This document shows, piece by piece, positions 8,274 to 17,096 of a stretch of 64,000 nt of DNA. The stretch lies in the NCBI GenBank assembly GCA_036444275.1, contig JAZGAD010000053.1:1-64000 (forward strand). Direction: 5' to 3'. Under the pieces are notes generated by a model. It saw only the letters and a list, made by a program, of their open reading frames with translations, had not been told where the DNA came from and ran no database searches. Position numbers and translations under genes: made by a program. This DNA comes from Candidatus Hydrothermarchaeales archaeon. GTDB taxonomy: Archaea > Hydrothermarchaeota > Hydrothermarchaeia > Hydrothermarchaeales > JAZGAD01. Position 1 is the stretch's first letter; the number at the start of each line of letters is the position of its first letter.

Positions 8274-9032
8274 TCATACCTCATACTTGCTTTTGATAGC
8301 GAAAAACACGTCCATGGGCTGGTTTATGTCATATTCGATGTTCTTTGTTATTAGAATAGCCTCGGGGTGGTGGTCGCCTTTTATCTCTCCCTTAGGCGTC
8401 CTCTTTGGTAATGTCCTTATAGGAGCCTTGTCATAGTCGCAAAAACCATGGTCAGAGATTACTATTATTTCATCGTCGTAGGGTAGTAGCTTTCCCAGGA
8501 CTTCGTCCACTTTTTTATAGAATTCCACTAGTATCGGCTCGTCCCAATGCAGGTGCGACAGTTTATCAAGGGCGGTGTAGACTAGTATGAAAACCTCGGG
8601 TCTAGCGTTTCTGAGGATGCTGAGGGCTTTTTCTGTAACCCTTTCTATTTCTTCCAATAGCTCGTGGGTCTCCACGGGCACGCCGTTTGCTACAGGAGTG
8701 AAATCCAAGTTAAAATTATAGGGAGGAACTATAAAGGGAACGTTAAGCGCCTTTACAGAGACGCCTTTTCTATCCAGTAGATCCCAAATGAAATCTACGT
8801 TGATGTCTTCACGCTTGACGATTTCGCCGTCTTTAACGAAGTCATAGTGCTTGTGTTCCTCTGGCATTTTGCCGCTGAACATGGAACACCATACAGGAGG
8901 AGACCAGGGCTTCTGGTTAAGCTTGATGGTTTTGGGTTTTCCTTCTTCTGTTAGCTTCTTGAAGTTAGGCAAAGAATCAATATTCGGATTAATTATGTCC
9001 CAGGTAGCGGCATCTATTCCTATTACCAGCAA
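8274..9032 (-). CDS. Short alkaline phosphatase superfamily (phosphodiesterase-like) protein
   Basis: IGIDAATW, WCSMFSG, DKLSH, SDHGF, GDH. Confidence 0.8.
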   Translation of the reverse strand: MLVIGIDAATWDIINPNIDSLPNFKKLTEEGKPKTIKLNQKPWSPPVWCSMFSGKMPEEHKHYDFVKDGEIVKREDINVDFIWDLLDRKGVSVKALNVPFIVPPYNFNLDFTPVANGVPVETHELLEEIERVTEKALSILRNARPEVFILVYTALDKLSHLHWDEPILVEFYKKVDEVLGKLLPYDDEIIVISDHGFCDYDKAPIRTLPKRTPKGEIKGDHHPEAILITKNIEYDINQPMDVFFAIKSKYEV

Positions 9033-9077
9033 TTTTTCACCTTATTGGGGGTACCCTATAAAAATATGTATTTAAGT

Positions 9078-10262
9078 TTAAGAACTTTCTTCCATGTAGT
9101 TCTTAAAGAAGGCAGCGAAAACGCCTATGAACAGGCCGAGCACGCCTGCTATCACCACGTTAATCTTCCTAGAAGGACCAGAGGGCACCTGCGGCACTAT
9201 CGGCGACTCAACCATCCTTATCGAGTTGAGTTGCTCCTCCTTAGATATCCTCGCCTCCTGTACCTTCTTGTACAAAAATTTATAAGTACCCGTCAAGCTG
9301 GAAATCTCCCTGTTCAAGCCAGAAAGAGTAAGCTTTATCTCGTTTATCCTTGCCTCCTTTTCATCCAACCCTGATTTGAGTTCTCCCGTCTCTTTTTCCA
9401 AATAGGAGACTTCTTTCTTCAGTACATCCACTGAGACTCTAATAGCGATCAGATAATCCTCTACAGAGGTATACACTTCGTTCTCCAAGGCTATTTGGGT
9501 GAGGACTGACTCATCCAACTTTGATGACCTAGTGCCCTTTGCGAGTTCCCTCTCAAGGCTAAGCAATTTAGCCTCGTTCTCGTTAAGTTCACGCTTCTTC
9601 TCGTTGAGTTGCGACAAAAAGTCCTCGTATGTAGCTTTCGATACATTAAGCTCGGTCCTTAGTGCTTCTACGGGATTCTTCTCGAGATAGGCTCTCTTCT
9701 CCTCCTCTTTCGCCACGAGCTCTTGGCTAACCTCCGTGTACCTCTCAGAGACGAACTCATAGGATTGAGCAGTCCTAGTAGAAAGAAGCTCGGCGTTCCT
9801 CTCAATAAAGAGTCTGCCCCACTCCTCGGCTACGGCCTTTATCTCCACAGGATCGCTACCACTAACCGTCATGGTAAGCAGTGGTAGTGGTGTAGCAGCT
9901 CTGCCCTTCTCGACGAACTCAGCCTTGGGCTCCATCCTCCCCCTCAATGCTTCAATGGTCAGAGCCTCAGCATCTCCCTTGAGGTTCAGTGACTTTATTA
10001 TATCAGCCAAGAGGTCGTTTGTTACTGCGAGCCTCTCATAGGTCTCAGTAGAGAGCGTTGCAGTGCCCAACTCTCCGAGCTCCTCAGAGACGCGGGGAGA
10101 AATAAGCAGAGTAGTCCGGGTCTCGTACTGCTTTGGCTGTCCAAGAGAAAACAGGGTAGCAGAGACAACTGCAACTAGGAATATGGCGAGTATTAACAGC
10201 TTCTCCTTCCTGAGCACATCTATGTAGTCCTTAAGTGAAACCTCGTATTCCTCCATCTCCAT
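9078..10262 (-). CDS. Wzz/GumC-like polysaccharide chain-length determinant
   Basis: EVSLKDYI N-terminus, two TM helices, coiled coil, PIVPQVPSGP..AGVLGLFIG (GNVR-type) C-terminus. Confidence 0.8.
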   Translation of the reverse strand: MEMEEYEVSLKDYIDVLRKEKLLILAIFLVAVVSATLFSLGQPKQYETRTTLLISPRVSEELGELGTATLSTETYERLAVTNDLLADIIKSLNLKGDAEALTIEALRGRMEPKAEFVEKGRAATPLPLLTMTVSGSDPVEIKAVAEEWGRLFIERNAELLSTRTAQSYEFVSERYTEVSQELVAKEEEKRAYLEKNPVEALRTELNVSKATYEDFLSQLNEKKRELNENEAKLLSLERELAKGTRSSKLDESVLTQIALENEVYTSVEDYLIAIRVSVDVLKKEVSYLEKETGELKSGLDEKEARINEIKLTLSGLNREISSLTGTYKFLYKKVQEARISKEEQLNSIRMVESPIVPQVPSGPSRKINVVIAGVLGLFIGVFAAFFKNYMEESS

Positions 10263-10309
10263 CTTCCTCCTCCTGAAGTATGAAGGGGGGATATAAAAAG
10301 GTTTTTCCG

Positions 10310-10480
10310 TGACAAATCATTGTTTTCAACGATGCGGCGAGCTATAGCGTAGTGGTGCGACGGATCAAAGACTAGAAGGCGGTTGTACTTGAAGGTAACC
10401 AGGCGCAGAGTAAGAGCAACGATCAGGATGCCTGATAGCAACACCAGCTCTTTCTTGGTAGACTCTTCTATTAGAAAATG
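10310..10480 (-). pseudogene. N-terminal fragment of an STT3/AglB-like GT-C protein
   Basis: ALTLRLVTFKYNRLLVFDPSHHYAIARRIVEN (TM then DP..H motif), cut off by the wzz promoter aaaaacctttttatat. Confidence 0.6.
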
Positions 10481-10598
10481 TCAAAGGCTGGATAAAAGGT
10501 TTAGTTTACGAGTCGGGTTAAGCAATAAAGGGATAAGCAAAGTTATCACCTGTTCATTCGTATCTGCTACTGAGATTGAGAACTCTCAGAGTCTTAAT

Positions 10599-10674
10599 GG
10601 CACCCAAGGCACTATCGGCGACTCAACCATCCTTATCGAGTTGAGTTGCTCTTCTTTAGATATCCTCGCCTCCT
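10599..10674 (-). repeat. Second copy of a wzz 3' segment (repeat of 9184-9259)
   Basis: 76 bp, 5 mismatches; encodes EARISKEEQLNSIRMVESPIVPWVP. Confidence 0.9.
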
Positions 10675-10790
10675 TAAGGTAGCTAATCTTTCGAGCTACT
10701 ACATCCGTAGGATTTTCGGTGCAATAATTCCATCCAATGTTATATCTTTATAGCATTATAAATAATAGAAGTATAAAAATGAGGTATAAA

Positions 10791-10985
10791 ATGCCTACCA
10801 CAATAATGGTTAAGGATGATCTTATAAAAATCCTCAGCAAACTAAAGGAAGAGAGTGGTGCAAAGACCTATGATGAGTTGCTCAGAGGCATGCTTAAAAA
10901 AGTAAAAAAACTTGATAAGTCGCACTTCGCTACCTTGCCCAAACTTAAAACGTTTGAGAGGGAAGAAATTGACCGTTTTGATTGA
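10791..10985 (+). CDS. vapB: VapB-type antitoxin
   Basis: MPTTIMV...KTYDELL; SD gaggt before ATG 10791; overlaps the PIN toxin gene. Confidence 0.75.
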   Translation: MPTTIMVKDDLIKILSKLKEESGAKTYDELLRGMLKKVKKLDKSHFATLPKLKTFEREEIDRFD

Positions 10986-11346
10986 CTCTTGGGCGTGGAT
11001 AGAATACTTCAGGGGCTCTGAGACAGGTAGGAAAGCAGGCAGGATTATTGAGGACGAAGAGGAAGCGGTCGTCAGCACTATAAATATCGCAGAGGTCTAC
11101 AGGTGGGTGCTGCGGTTCTACGATGAGGATAAAGCAAAAGAGAAGGTAAGCGCCATGAAACAGAGGTGCTTTGTGATAAATGTTACAGAGGAGATTGCAA
11201 TTAAAAGCGCAAAAATCAAGCACGAAACGAAGCTTGGTCTCGGTGATGCTATTATTTTAGCTACAGCTAATCAGGGGAATGCCAGAGTTCTCACCGGCGA
11301 TCCAGACTTCAAGGGCATGGAAGATGTGGTTTATTTAGGGGATTAG
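10969..11346 (+). CDS. vapC: VapC PIN-domain toxin
   Basis: IDSWAWIEY, AEV, LGDAIILATA, LTGDPDF; probable TTG start at 10969. Confidence 0.9.
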   Translation: MTVLIDSWAWIEYFRGSETGRKAGRIIEDEEEAVVSTINIAEVYRWVLRFYDEDKAKEKVSAMKQRCFVINVTEEIAIKSAKIKHETKLGLGDAIILATANQGNARVLTGDPDFKGMEDVVYLGD

Positions 11347-11418
11347 CCTTCAACGGCGATGTCAACTTCTGTAGCGAGGGTTGCAGGCTTTTGGGATGTT
11401 CAATCCTTCTTTTTTCAT
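11343..11418 (-). pseudogene. HicB C-terminal remnant with 1-bp frameshift
   Basis: MKKEGLNIP/KPATLATEVDIAVEG* resembles LTREGLSIPKPSKAAIEVAV of the intact hicB. Confidence 0.55.
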
Positions 11419-11633
11419 TATCTAATAACCATAAGGCTATACGAGGAAAGATGGTTGATATACTATTGGAGAGAGGGATCAGAGGTAATATTACCATGGA
11501 GCAACAGCAAAAGGCCTTGAGACTTTGCTAAAATGGAATAAAAATAGGTCCTTCTTTGGGAGTATATGCGTGAGCAACTAGCACTTATCATAATGTATGC
11601 GGTTTCCTCATTAACACTTCATTATCGAGTACT

Positions 11634-12596
11634 CTAAGAATTAGAATTAAACTTAAACCACTCAATAAACCTCTCGATACCGTCCTCAATCGAAGTCTTT
11701 GGATTATAATCCAGCATTCTCTGTGCCTTCGAAATATCAGCATAGGTAATAGGAACATCCCCAGGTTGCTCCAAAAGCTCCTCGATTATCGGCTTTACTC
11801 CAAGTTTCCTCCCTATGAGCTCTATCAAATCCGTTAATCTTATGGTCTTGGAATTCCCTATATTGAAGACCTCGAAATCATAGTTCTTCTCAATGGCACT
11901 TATCACCCCGTCAACTGCATCGTCAATATAGGTATAATCCCTCTCCGAGTTACCATCGCCATACATTGGGATCGGCTTCCCCTCACTCATCAACGCAGTG
12001 AACTTTCTAATCGCCATATCAGGCCTCTGTCTTGGGCCATAGACCGTAAAGAATCGTAGAATAGTCACTGGAATACCATAGAGGCGATTATAGGTCTTAC
12101 AGTATATCTCGGCAGCCTTCTTCGCAGCAGCATAAGGAGACACCTGGAGCTCAGTAGCATCATCCTCAGAGAAAGGCACCTTCTCATTAACGCCGTAGAC
12201 CGAAGAGGAAGAACCAAAGACAAATTTAGCTCTGCTCTCCTTGCATTTTTCCAAGAGGTTCACCGTCCCCTCAACGTCTACCTCAACATATCTAGCGGGA
12301 GAGATAAGGGAAGGCCTGACACCAGCAAGGGCAGCTAAATGCACCACCACCTCGATTTCATTCTCTGAGAACACCTTTGCAAGTAGGTTGCTATCAAGGA
12401 TGTCGCCTTTTACAAGAGTGAAACCAGGGTGGGCCATTGCTTTTGAGATGTTATTCTCTTTAAGCCTTGGATCATAGAACTCGTTGAAATTGTCCAGGCA
12501 AATAACCTTTGCATCTTGTTTTAGAAGTCTGTCGACTATGTGTGAGCCTATGAATCCAGCGCCGCCGGTTACCAAAATACTTTTCATCTGCATCAC
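11634..12596 (-). CDS. NAD-dependent epimerase (UDP-glucuronate 4-epimerase-like)
   Basis: GGAGFIG, HLAALAGVRPS, SSSSVYG, YAAAK, RFFTVYGPRQRPDMA. Confidence 0.88.
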   Translation of the reverse strand: MMQMKSILVTGGAGFIGSHIVDRLLKQDAKVICLDNFNEFYDPRLKENNISKAMAHPGFTLVKGDILDSNLLAKVFSENEIEVVVHLAALAGVRPSLISPARYVEVDVEGTVNLLEKCKESRAKFVFGSSSSVYGVNEKVPFSEDDATELQVSPYAAAKKAAEIYCKTYNRLYGIPVTILRFFTVYGPRQRPDMAIRKFTALMSEGKPIPMYGDGNSERDYTYIDDAVDGVISAIEKNYDFEVFNIGNSKTIRLTDLIELIGRKLGVKPIIEELLEQPGDVPITYADISKAQRMLDYNPKTSIEDGIERFIEWFKFNSNS

Positions 12597-12664
12597 TCAC
12601 TCACTGCATAAACCAAACATAGTGAATCATAAGAAAAGAGACCCTTTGGATATAAAAGACTTAG

Positions 12665-12750
12665 TCAGGTTTTATGAATGTGAAACGTTCCATAGAATGC
12701 AGTCAAAATACCAGTAGCATCTGCCAGCCAGTCAAAGAAGCTCGGTTCTC
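12665..12750 (-). repeat. Displaced 3' end of a vanZ allele
   Basis: Encodes EPSFFDWLADATGILTAFYGTFHIHKT*; 28 bp identical (12723-12750 = 13954-13981), then mostly synonymous differences. Confidence 0.88.
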
Positions 12751-12754
12751 CTAA

Positions 12755-12964
12755 CTATACCGCAACTTCAATGGCGGCTTTGGAAGGTTTTGGTATGCTA
12801 AGCCCTTCTCTTGTCAGACCTTCCAGATGAAATTCTATGGCTTCTTTCATCCTCTCAATGGTTTCCGTTGTAGTTTTGGCCGTAGCTACACAACTAGGGA
12901 GGTCTGGACAGTAGGCTGAATAGTTCCCGTCAGCTTTTTCAACGATGACTACATACTTATACAC
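12755..12964 (-). CDS. hicB: HicB antitoxin
   Basis: YSAYCPDLPSCVATAKT..E...EAIEFHLEG..IP. Confidence 0.85.
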   Translation of the reverse strand: MYKYVVIVEKADGNYSAYCPDLPSCVATAKTTTETIERMKEAIEFHLEGLTREGLSIPKPSKAAIEVAV

Positions 12965-13043
12965 TTTCCTTCACCTCCTTCAAACCAGCCTGTTTCAGGA
13001 TACTATTTAGAGTTCCCTTTGCGACATCATCACTTAAATTACC
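12957..13043 (-). pseudogene. hicA: HicA toxin C-terminal remnant
   Basis: GNLSDDVAKGTLNSILKQAGLK...*; N-terminal half carrying GSH is absent. Confidence 0.75.
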
Positions 13044-13117
13044 TGACTCCTCCTTGATTCTAAAATTATAGTACCCAACGCAATGACATCCCCAGTAAAT
13101 TCGGGAATATCAAGTTA

Positions 13118-13330
13118 TCAAAGCGATACGCTTACACCGCTCTCTGAGATTTTTTGAAGAATCTTAGGCAAGAAGTTTTTGCTGGCACCCAATATCTCGA
13201 ACCAGACTGGTTCTTTGCTCTCAGAGAACCCTACTATCAGGTCGTCCATCTCCTCCTCGTAGGCGATCTTCTCGTCCGAAAATACTATGATGAGAGCATC
13301 CACATCCTTATCGTATCTTATCTCTTTCAT
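13118..13330 (-). CDS. DUF2283 antitoxin-like protein
   Basis: IRYDKDVDALII...FEILGAS; likely start ATG 13330. Confidence 0.8.
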   Translation of the reverse strand: MKEIRYDKDVDALIIVFSDEKIAYEEEMDDLIVGFSESKEPVWFEILGASKNFLPKILQKISESGVSVSL

Positions 13331-13577
13331 ATCTTTCTCTCCTGGCAACCATGACAGTAACAACCAAAATATTAACATCTGCATCGTATATAACCCTAAC
13401 CATAAGACCACCGTACAGGTTCTTGTGGGCGGCCTTTCTTCCGTATTTTGCTTCAGTTGTGAAGTCAGGATCCTGGATAGTGTTCCTTACCGTCTCTTGG
13501 GTGATTGTGAAACCATGATCCTTCAACAATTTCAACTTAAAGACCGCGTGTTCTGTGAAAACAATTTCCATAGACAC
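13308..13577 (-). CDS. DUF4258 RelE-like toxin
   Basis: FTEHA...ITQE.V..TIQDPD...RVIY...VVTV; overlaps the DUF2283 gene. Confidence 0.75.
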   Translation of the reverse strand: MSMEIVFTEHAVFKLKLLKDHGFTITQETVRNTIQDPDFTTEAKYGRKAAHKNLYGGLMVRVIYDADVNILVVTVMVARRERYERDKIR

Positions 13578-13709
13578 CAGATGTCCACCTTCCTATTTTT
13601 TAATCCGGTTGGGATCTATTTTCTTGTCCTTTTTATCAATTTCAGTAGATCATAAAGTGCTCTTGTTTTTGGGTATTAGACTTCTTTTCCGGGATATTTA
13701 AGGCTTCCC

Positions 13710-13903
13710 TCGTCAGATCTCGCCAGTGGTGCCCACCCTGGCCCAAGGGAAGATGAATGATAAGGGGTTATCTCAAAAATCGATGGTCCTAATTGGGGAT
13801 GGAGCGGCGTATTATGCCATGCACCCATTAACCATCGCTTACCAGAAGCTCCACAAGATAAGAGCCGTCTTGTCAGGTTATGCCGGTGATCAATGCTTTG
13901 TTA
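13710..13903 (-). pseudogene. gmd: GDP-mannose 4,6-dehydratase N-terminal relic
   Basis: [31 protein letters not shown] matches Gmd [25 protein letters not shown], with stops. Confidence 0.8.
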
Positions 13904-14279
13904 TTCTACCTCTTAATTTCAATGCAAAGGCAACTAGTATCCCAGTTGCATCCGCCAGCCAGTCAAAGAAGCTCGGTTCTCTAGTGGGCACTAATCCCTG
14001 GTGCACCTCGTCTGAAGCAGCATATGCAAGGGCGAAAAAAGCGCTGACAGAATATCCCTTCAATGTAACTGGGGCAAATGCCTTCAGTGTTAAATAGCCA
14101 AAGGGAACGTATTCAGCGAAATGCATTACCTTGTCCTGATGCGGGAAGAGTGGAGGTGTTGGAGGAGCCTCCAAGCTCGAGAGATGGAATATGAATGCAG
14201 CGTAGACTATCAGCAAAAGCCACCAGTAAAGACGTTTCATTCGATCTCGTCGGTTCATTGACATCATTCCTTTGTACAA
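13890..14279 (-). CDS. VanZ-family membrane protein
   Basis: DKVMHFAEY, SDEVHQ..VP.R, DWLAD. Confidence 0.85.
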   Translation of the reverse strand: MYKGMMSMNRRDRMKRLYWWLLLIVYAAFIFHLSSLEAPPTPPLFPHQDKVMHFAEYVPFGYLTLKAFAPVTLKGYSVSAFFALAYAASDEVHQGLVPTREPSFFDWLADATGILVAFALKLRGRITKH

Positions 14280-14381
14280 CTACGTCATTATCCCAGTTAC
14301 CATAGGCAATAAATTCTTTCTAGCCAAGTCTCAACCTCATTCAAGCAAAACCTTATTTAATATCTTGGTAATCATTCTTCC

Positions 14382-14738
14382 ATGGAAAGTCTTCTTATCG
14401 TCTCTATGGCAGGTCCGAAGGATCCTGATAGGGCGATTCTCCCCTTTGTCACTGCTACTATGGCCAAAGTCTCAAGGATTGACGTTAGAATATTCCTATT
14501 GGGAGAGGCTACGTTATTGATAACAAACGATTACGTGGACAAGGTCCAAGGGAAGGTATTTCCCTCTCTAAGAAAAGCCTTGGAAGACGCTCTCAAAGAG
14601 GACATAGAGATTTACATCTGCAGCAGATATATGAAGTCATACGACCTCGGTAGGAAAGACTTCGCCGTAAGGGTAACTATCTCCAGCCTAGCTAAGCTAG
14701 CGGAATTGGCCCAAGAAAACAGCACCCTGAATTTCTAA
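14382..14738 (+). CDS. DsrE/DsrF-like protein
   Basis: PFVTA, IFLLGEA, IYICS. Confidence 0.7.
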   Translation: MESLLIVSMAGPKDPDRAILPFVTATMAKVSRIDVRIFLLGEATLLITNDYVDKVQGKVFPSLRKALEDALKEDIEIYICSRYMKSYDLGRKDFAVRVTISSLAKLAELAQENSTLNF

Positions 14739-14741
14739 AGG

Positions 14742-15401
14742 ATGACATCCATGCATCTGCTCTGCGTCACTGATATCCATGGAAAGCAAAGAGGTATTGA
14801 ACGCTTAACCAAAGAGGCACCGTCCTGCGATCTCTTGGTGGTAGCTGGCGATATAACGGATTTCGGCGGTCGTGAAGAAGCTCGCGTCATCTTGGATGGA
14901 CTCCTCGAGATAAGCGAAGAGTTAGTAGCCGTGCCTGGAAATTGCGACTATAATGGAGTCAATGAATTCTTGGCAGAATCCCAACTTGGGCTCCATGGCA
15001 GTGCAAGAGTCATCAAGGATTTCGGCTTTTTGGGAGTGGGAGGAAGCAACATCACACCGTTTAATACAGCACAAGAATACTCTGAAGATGACATAAGTGG
15101 TCTTTTGAAAAATGCTTACCAAGCGTTGAAGGAACAGGGAGAGACAATCCTAATCAGCCATGCTCCAGCATATGCAACCAAGGTGGACAAGACGGGTATG
15201 GGGCTCCACGTCGGTAGCAGGAGTGTTCGCAACTTCGTGGATGAATACCAGCCGAAAGTGGTAATAAGTGGCCATGTGCATGAGGCGAGGGGAATGGATA
15301 CACTGGGTAAAAGCACGCTAGTCAACCCAGGCCCGTTACACATGGGATACGCCATGATCACCCTTGATGAGGATGTCGAGGTTAAGTTTGTGACTTTTTA
15401 A
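14742..15401 (+). CDS. Metallophosphoesterase
   Basis: DIH, GD, GNCD, SH, GHVHE motifs. Confidence 0.85.
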   Translation: MTSMHLLCVTDIHGKQRGIERLTKEAPSCDLLVVAGDITDFGGREEARVILDGLLEISEELVAVPGNCDYNGVNEFLAESQLGLHGSARVIKDFGFLGVGGSNITPFNTAQEYSEDDISGLLKNAYQALKEQGETILISHAPAYATKVDKTGMGLHVGSRSVRNFVDEYQPKVVISGHVHEARGMDTLGKSTLVNPGPLHMGYAMITLDEDVEVKFVTF

Positions 15402-15912
15402 GAAGAAGCTCGAGATAGGACCGCCTCTCCATGTCTTTTTCACTAACGCCTAGCCCTTTAAGGAAATTAATTATCTCCTGCGGATCATAGTCTCCCTTGT
15501 GCTTCTCCACTTCTATGTAATCGCCTAGTCCTTCAACTTTGTCCAGCATTACCTTGAAGTCCCCTAGCTCGTAGTAGTCCCTCTGCTTCTTTACCTCATA
15601 TACCCCTCTAAAGCCTATTCTCTCAAGAATCTCTCTGGCCTCCGTTTCATCAGATACCTCAACTTTATGCTCCTCCCTGGTCTTGGTTATTCTATCTATC
15701 CTCGGTCCCTTATAAGTAAGAGTGATCCTTCGCTCCTGTTTTCGCAGCCTAAGCGCCTCGTCGCTACTCGCGAAGTCCCTCGACGGGTGCTCAAAATAAA
15801 CATCCTCCTGGGTACTGCTCTTTACAAACTTGGCTCCCATCTCCTTGAGTTTATTCTTAAGTGCCTCTGTATCCCTGAGCCTGGCCTTTACTTCTATCTC
15901 AAGCATGCGCAT
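15382..15912 (-). CDS. cyaB: CYTH/class IV adenylate cyclase
   Basis: EIEVK, LRLR, YKGP, KTREE, YIEVE, SYLEL. Confidence 0.85.
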   Translation of the reverse strand: MRMLEIEVKARLRDTEALKNKLKEMGAKFVKSSTQEDVYFEHPSRDFASSDEALRLRKQERRITLTYKGPRIDRITKTREEHKVEVSDETEAREILERIGFRGVYEVKKQRDYYELGDFKVMLDKVEGLGDYIEVEKHKGDYDPQEIINFLKGLGVSEKDMERRSYLELLLKKSQT

Positions 15913-15958
15913 CCATATGAGATAAAGAGATATATCATTTAGGGCGAATGTTTGCCTA

Positions 15959-16849
15959 ATGTATTCTGGTTACCTGTTAGAGAAATATAAACAGATCTTT
16001 CAGGAAGAGGTCATAGAATCACTAGCTAAGCCTCTGAAGCAGTCGATAAGGATTAATGAGCTAAAAGCGACTGAGGACGAGCTAGTCCCAAGGCTGAAAG
16101 AGAAAGGGATTCTCCTTGAGAAGATACCCTGGACGAGGAAAGGCTATTTTGTTACTGACGCGCCTTTCTCCATAGGCGCTACCCCGGAGTACCTACTAGG
16201 CTACTATTTCATTCAGGATGCCGCCTCCATGTATGCTTGCGAGGTATTAGCTCCACAGAGGGGGGAAGTGGTATTGGATATGACGGCTTCACCAGGCGGG
16301 AAGACCACCTACTTGGCCCAGCTTATGGACAATGATGGAGCCATAATCGCATTGGAACTTAATCGGGAGCGGATGAAGTCACTGCGCTCAAATATAAGCA
16401 GGATGGGGGTGGAGAATACTATAGCCATAAGGATGGATGCATTGGCAGTTGAAGAACTTGGAATCTTGTTTGACAGGATTCTCTTAGATGTACCCTGCAC
16501 AGGCGTGGGTACAGTAAGCAAAAATCCAGAAGCAGCTCAAAAAATCAAGGAGGATGTCAGTAAGTGCTCGGCCCTTCAAATAGAGCTGTTGCAGGCTGCC
16601 GAAAGGGTGCTCAAGAAGGGAGGCATTCTAGTGTACAGCACCTGTAGCTTTCTGCCAGAAGAGAATGAATTCGTCGTACAGCAAGCTCTAGACGACCTTT
16701 CCTTAAGGCTGGAAGATGTTCAGTTTGGAGAAGAGGCCTTCACCGAATGCTACGGCGTAAAGCTATCTAAGGACATGGCTAAAGCTAAAAGATTTTATCC
16801 CCATATCCATGGCACACAAGGATTCTTCATCGCGAGACTGAGAAAATAA
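15959..16849 (+). CDS. NOL1/NOP2/RsmB-family RNA m5C methyltransferase
   Basis: QDAAS, ASPGGKT, DVPCTG, YSTCS, ENE. Confidence 0.9.
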   Translation: MYSGYLLEKYKQIFQEEVIESLAKPLKQSIRINELKATEDELVPRLKEKGILLEKIPWTRKGYFVTDAPFSIGATPEYLLGYYFIQDAASMYACEVLAPQRGEVVLDMTASPGGKTTYLAQLMDNDGAIIALELNRERMKSLRSNISRMGVENTIAIRMDALAVEELGILFDRILLDVPCTGVGTVSKNPEAAQKIKEDVSKCSALQIELLQAAERVLKKGGILVYSTCSFLPEENEFVVQQALDDLSLRLEDVQFGEEAFTECYGVKLSKDMAKAKRFYPHIHGTQGFFIARLRK

Positions 16850-16982
16850 ATCTAATAACTCTTTAGTCCCGGTGGATAGCGATGGGTTGATGCTAGAGTT
16901 CCATTCGTTCCATGGGAACTAGGGGATATAAAGGTAGGCCAATCGAAAGAAATAAGAGGTATCAATAAAGACGCACAAACAC

Positions 16983-17075
16983 GGGGGAATTCACATTTGG
17001 CCTGTAAGACACGCCTCCTCACCACCTCTTGGATAAGGACTGTTTTTTCCCCGGTCTTGCAGGCCTCCCTCCCCC
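16983..17075. other. Long imperfect hairpin, candidate structured RNA
   Basis: ggcctgtaagac (16999-17010) pairs with gtcttgcaggcc (17054-17065); outer ggggga/tccccc; inner tcct/agga. Confidence 0.45.
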
Positions 17076-17096
17076 CTTAAGACTAATAGTGGACGG

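Noticed and set aside
13874-13876. In-frame TGA in the gmd-like frame as selenocysteine
   Set aside because: It replaces a conserved Gly and is followed by TAA and TAG stops, so this is decay
13726-14097. 123-aa plus-strand ORF
   Set aside because: Antisense to vanZ and the gmd relic, with no coding signature
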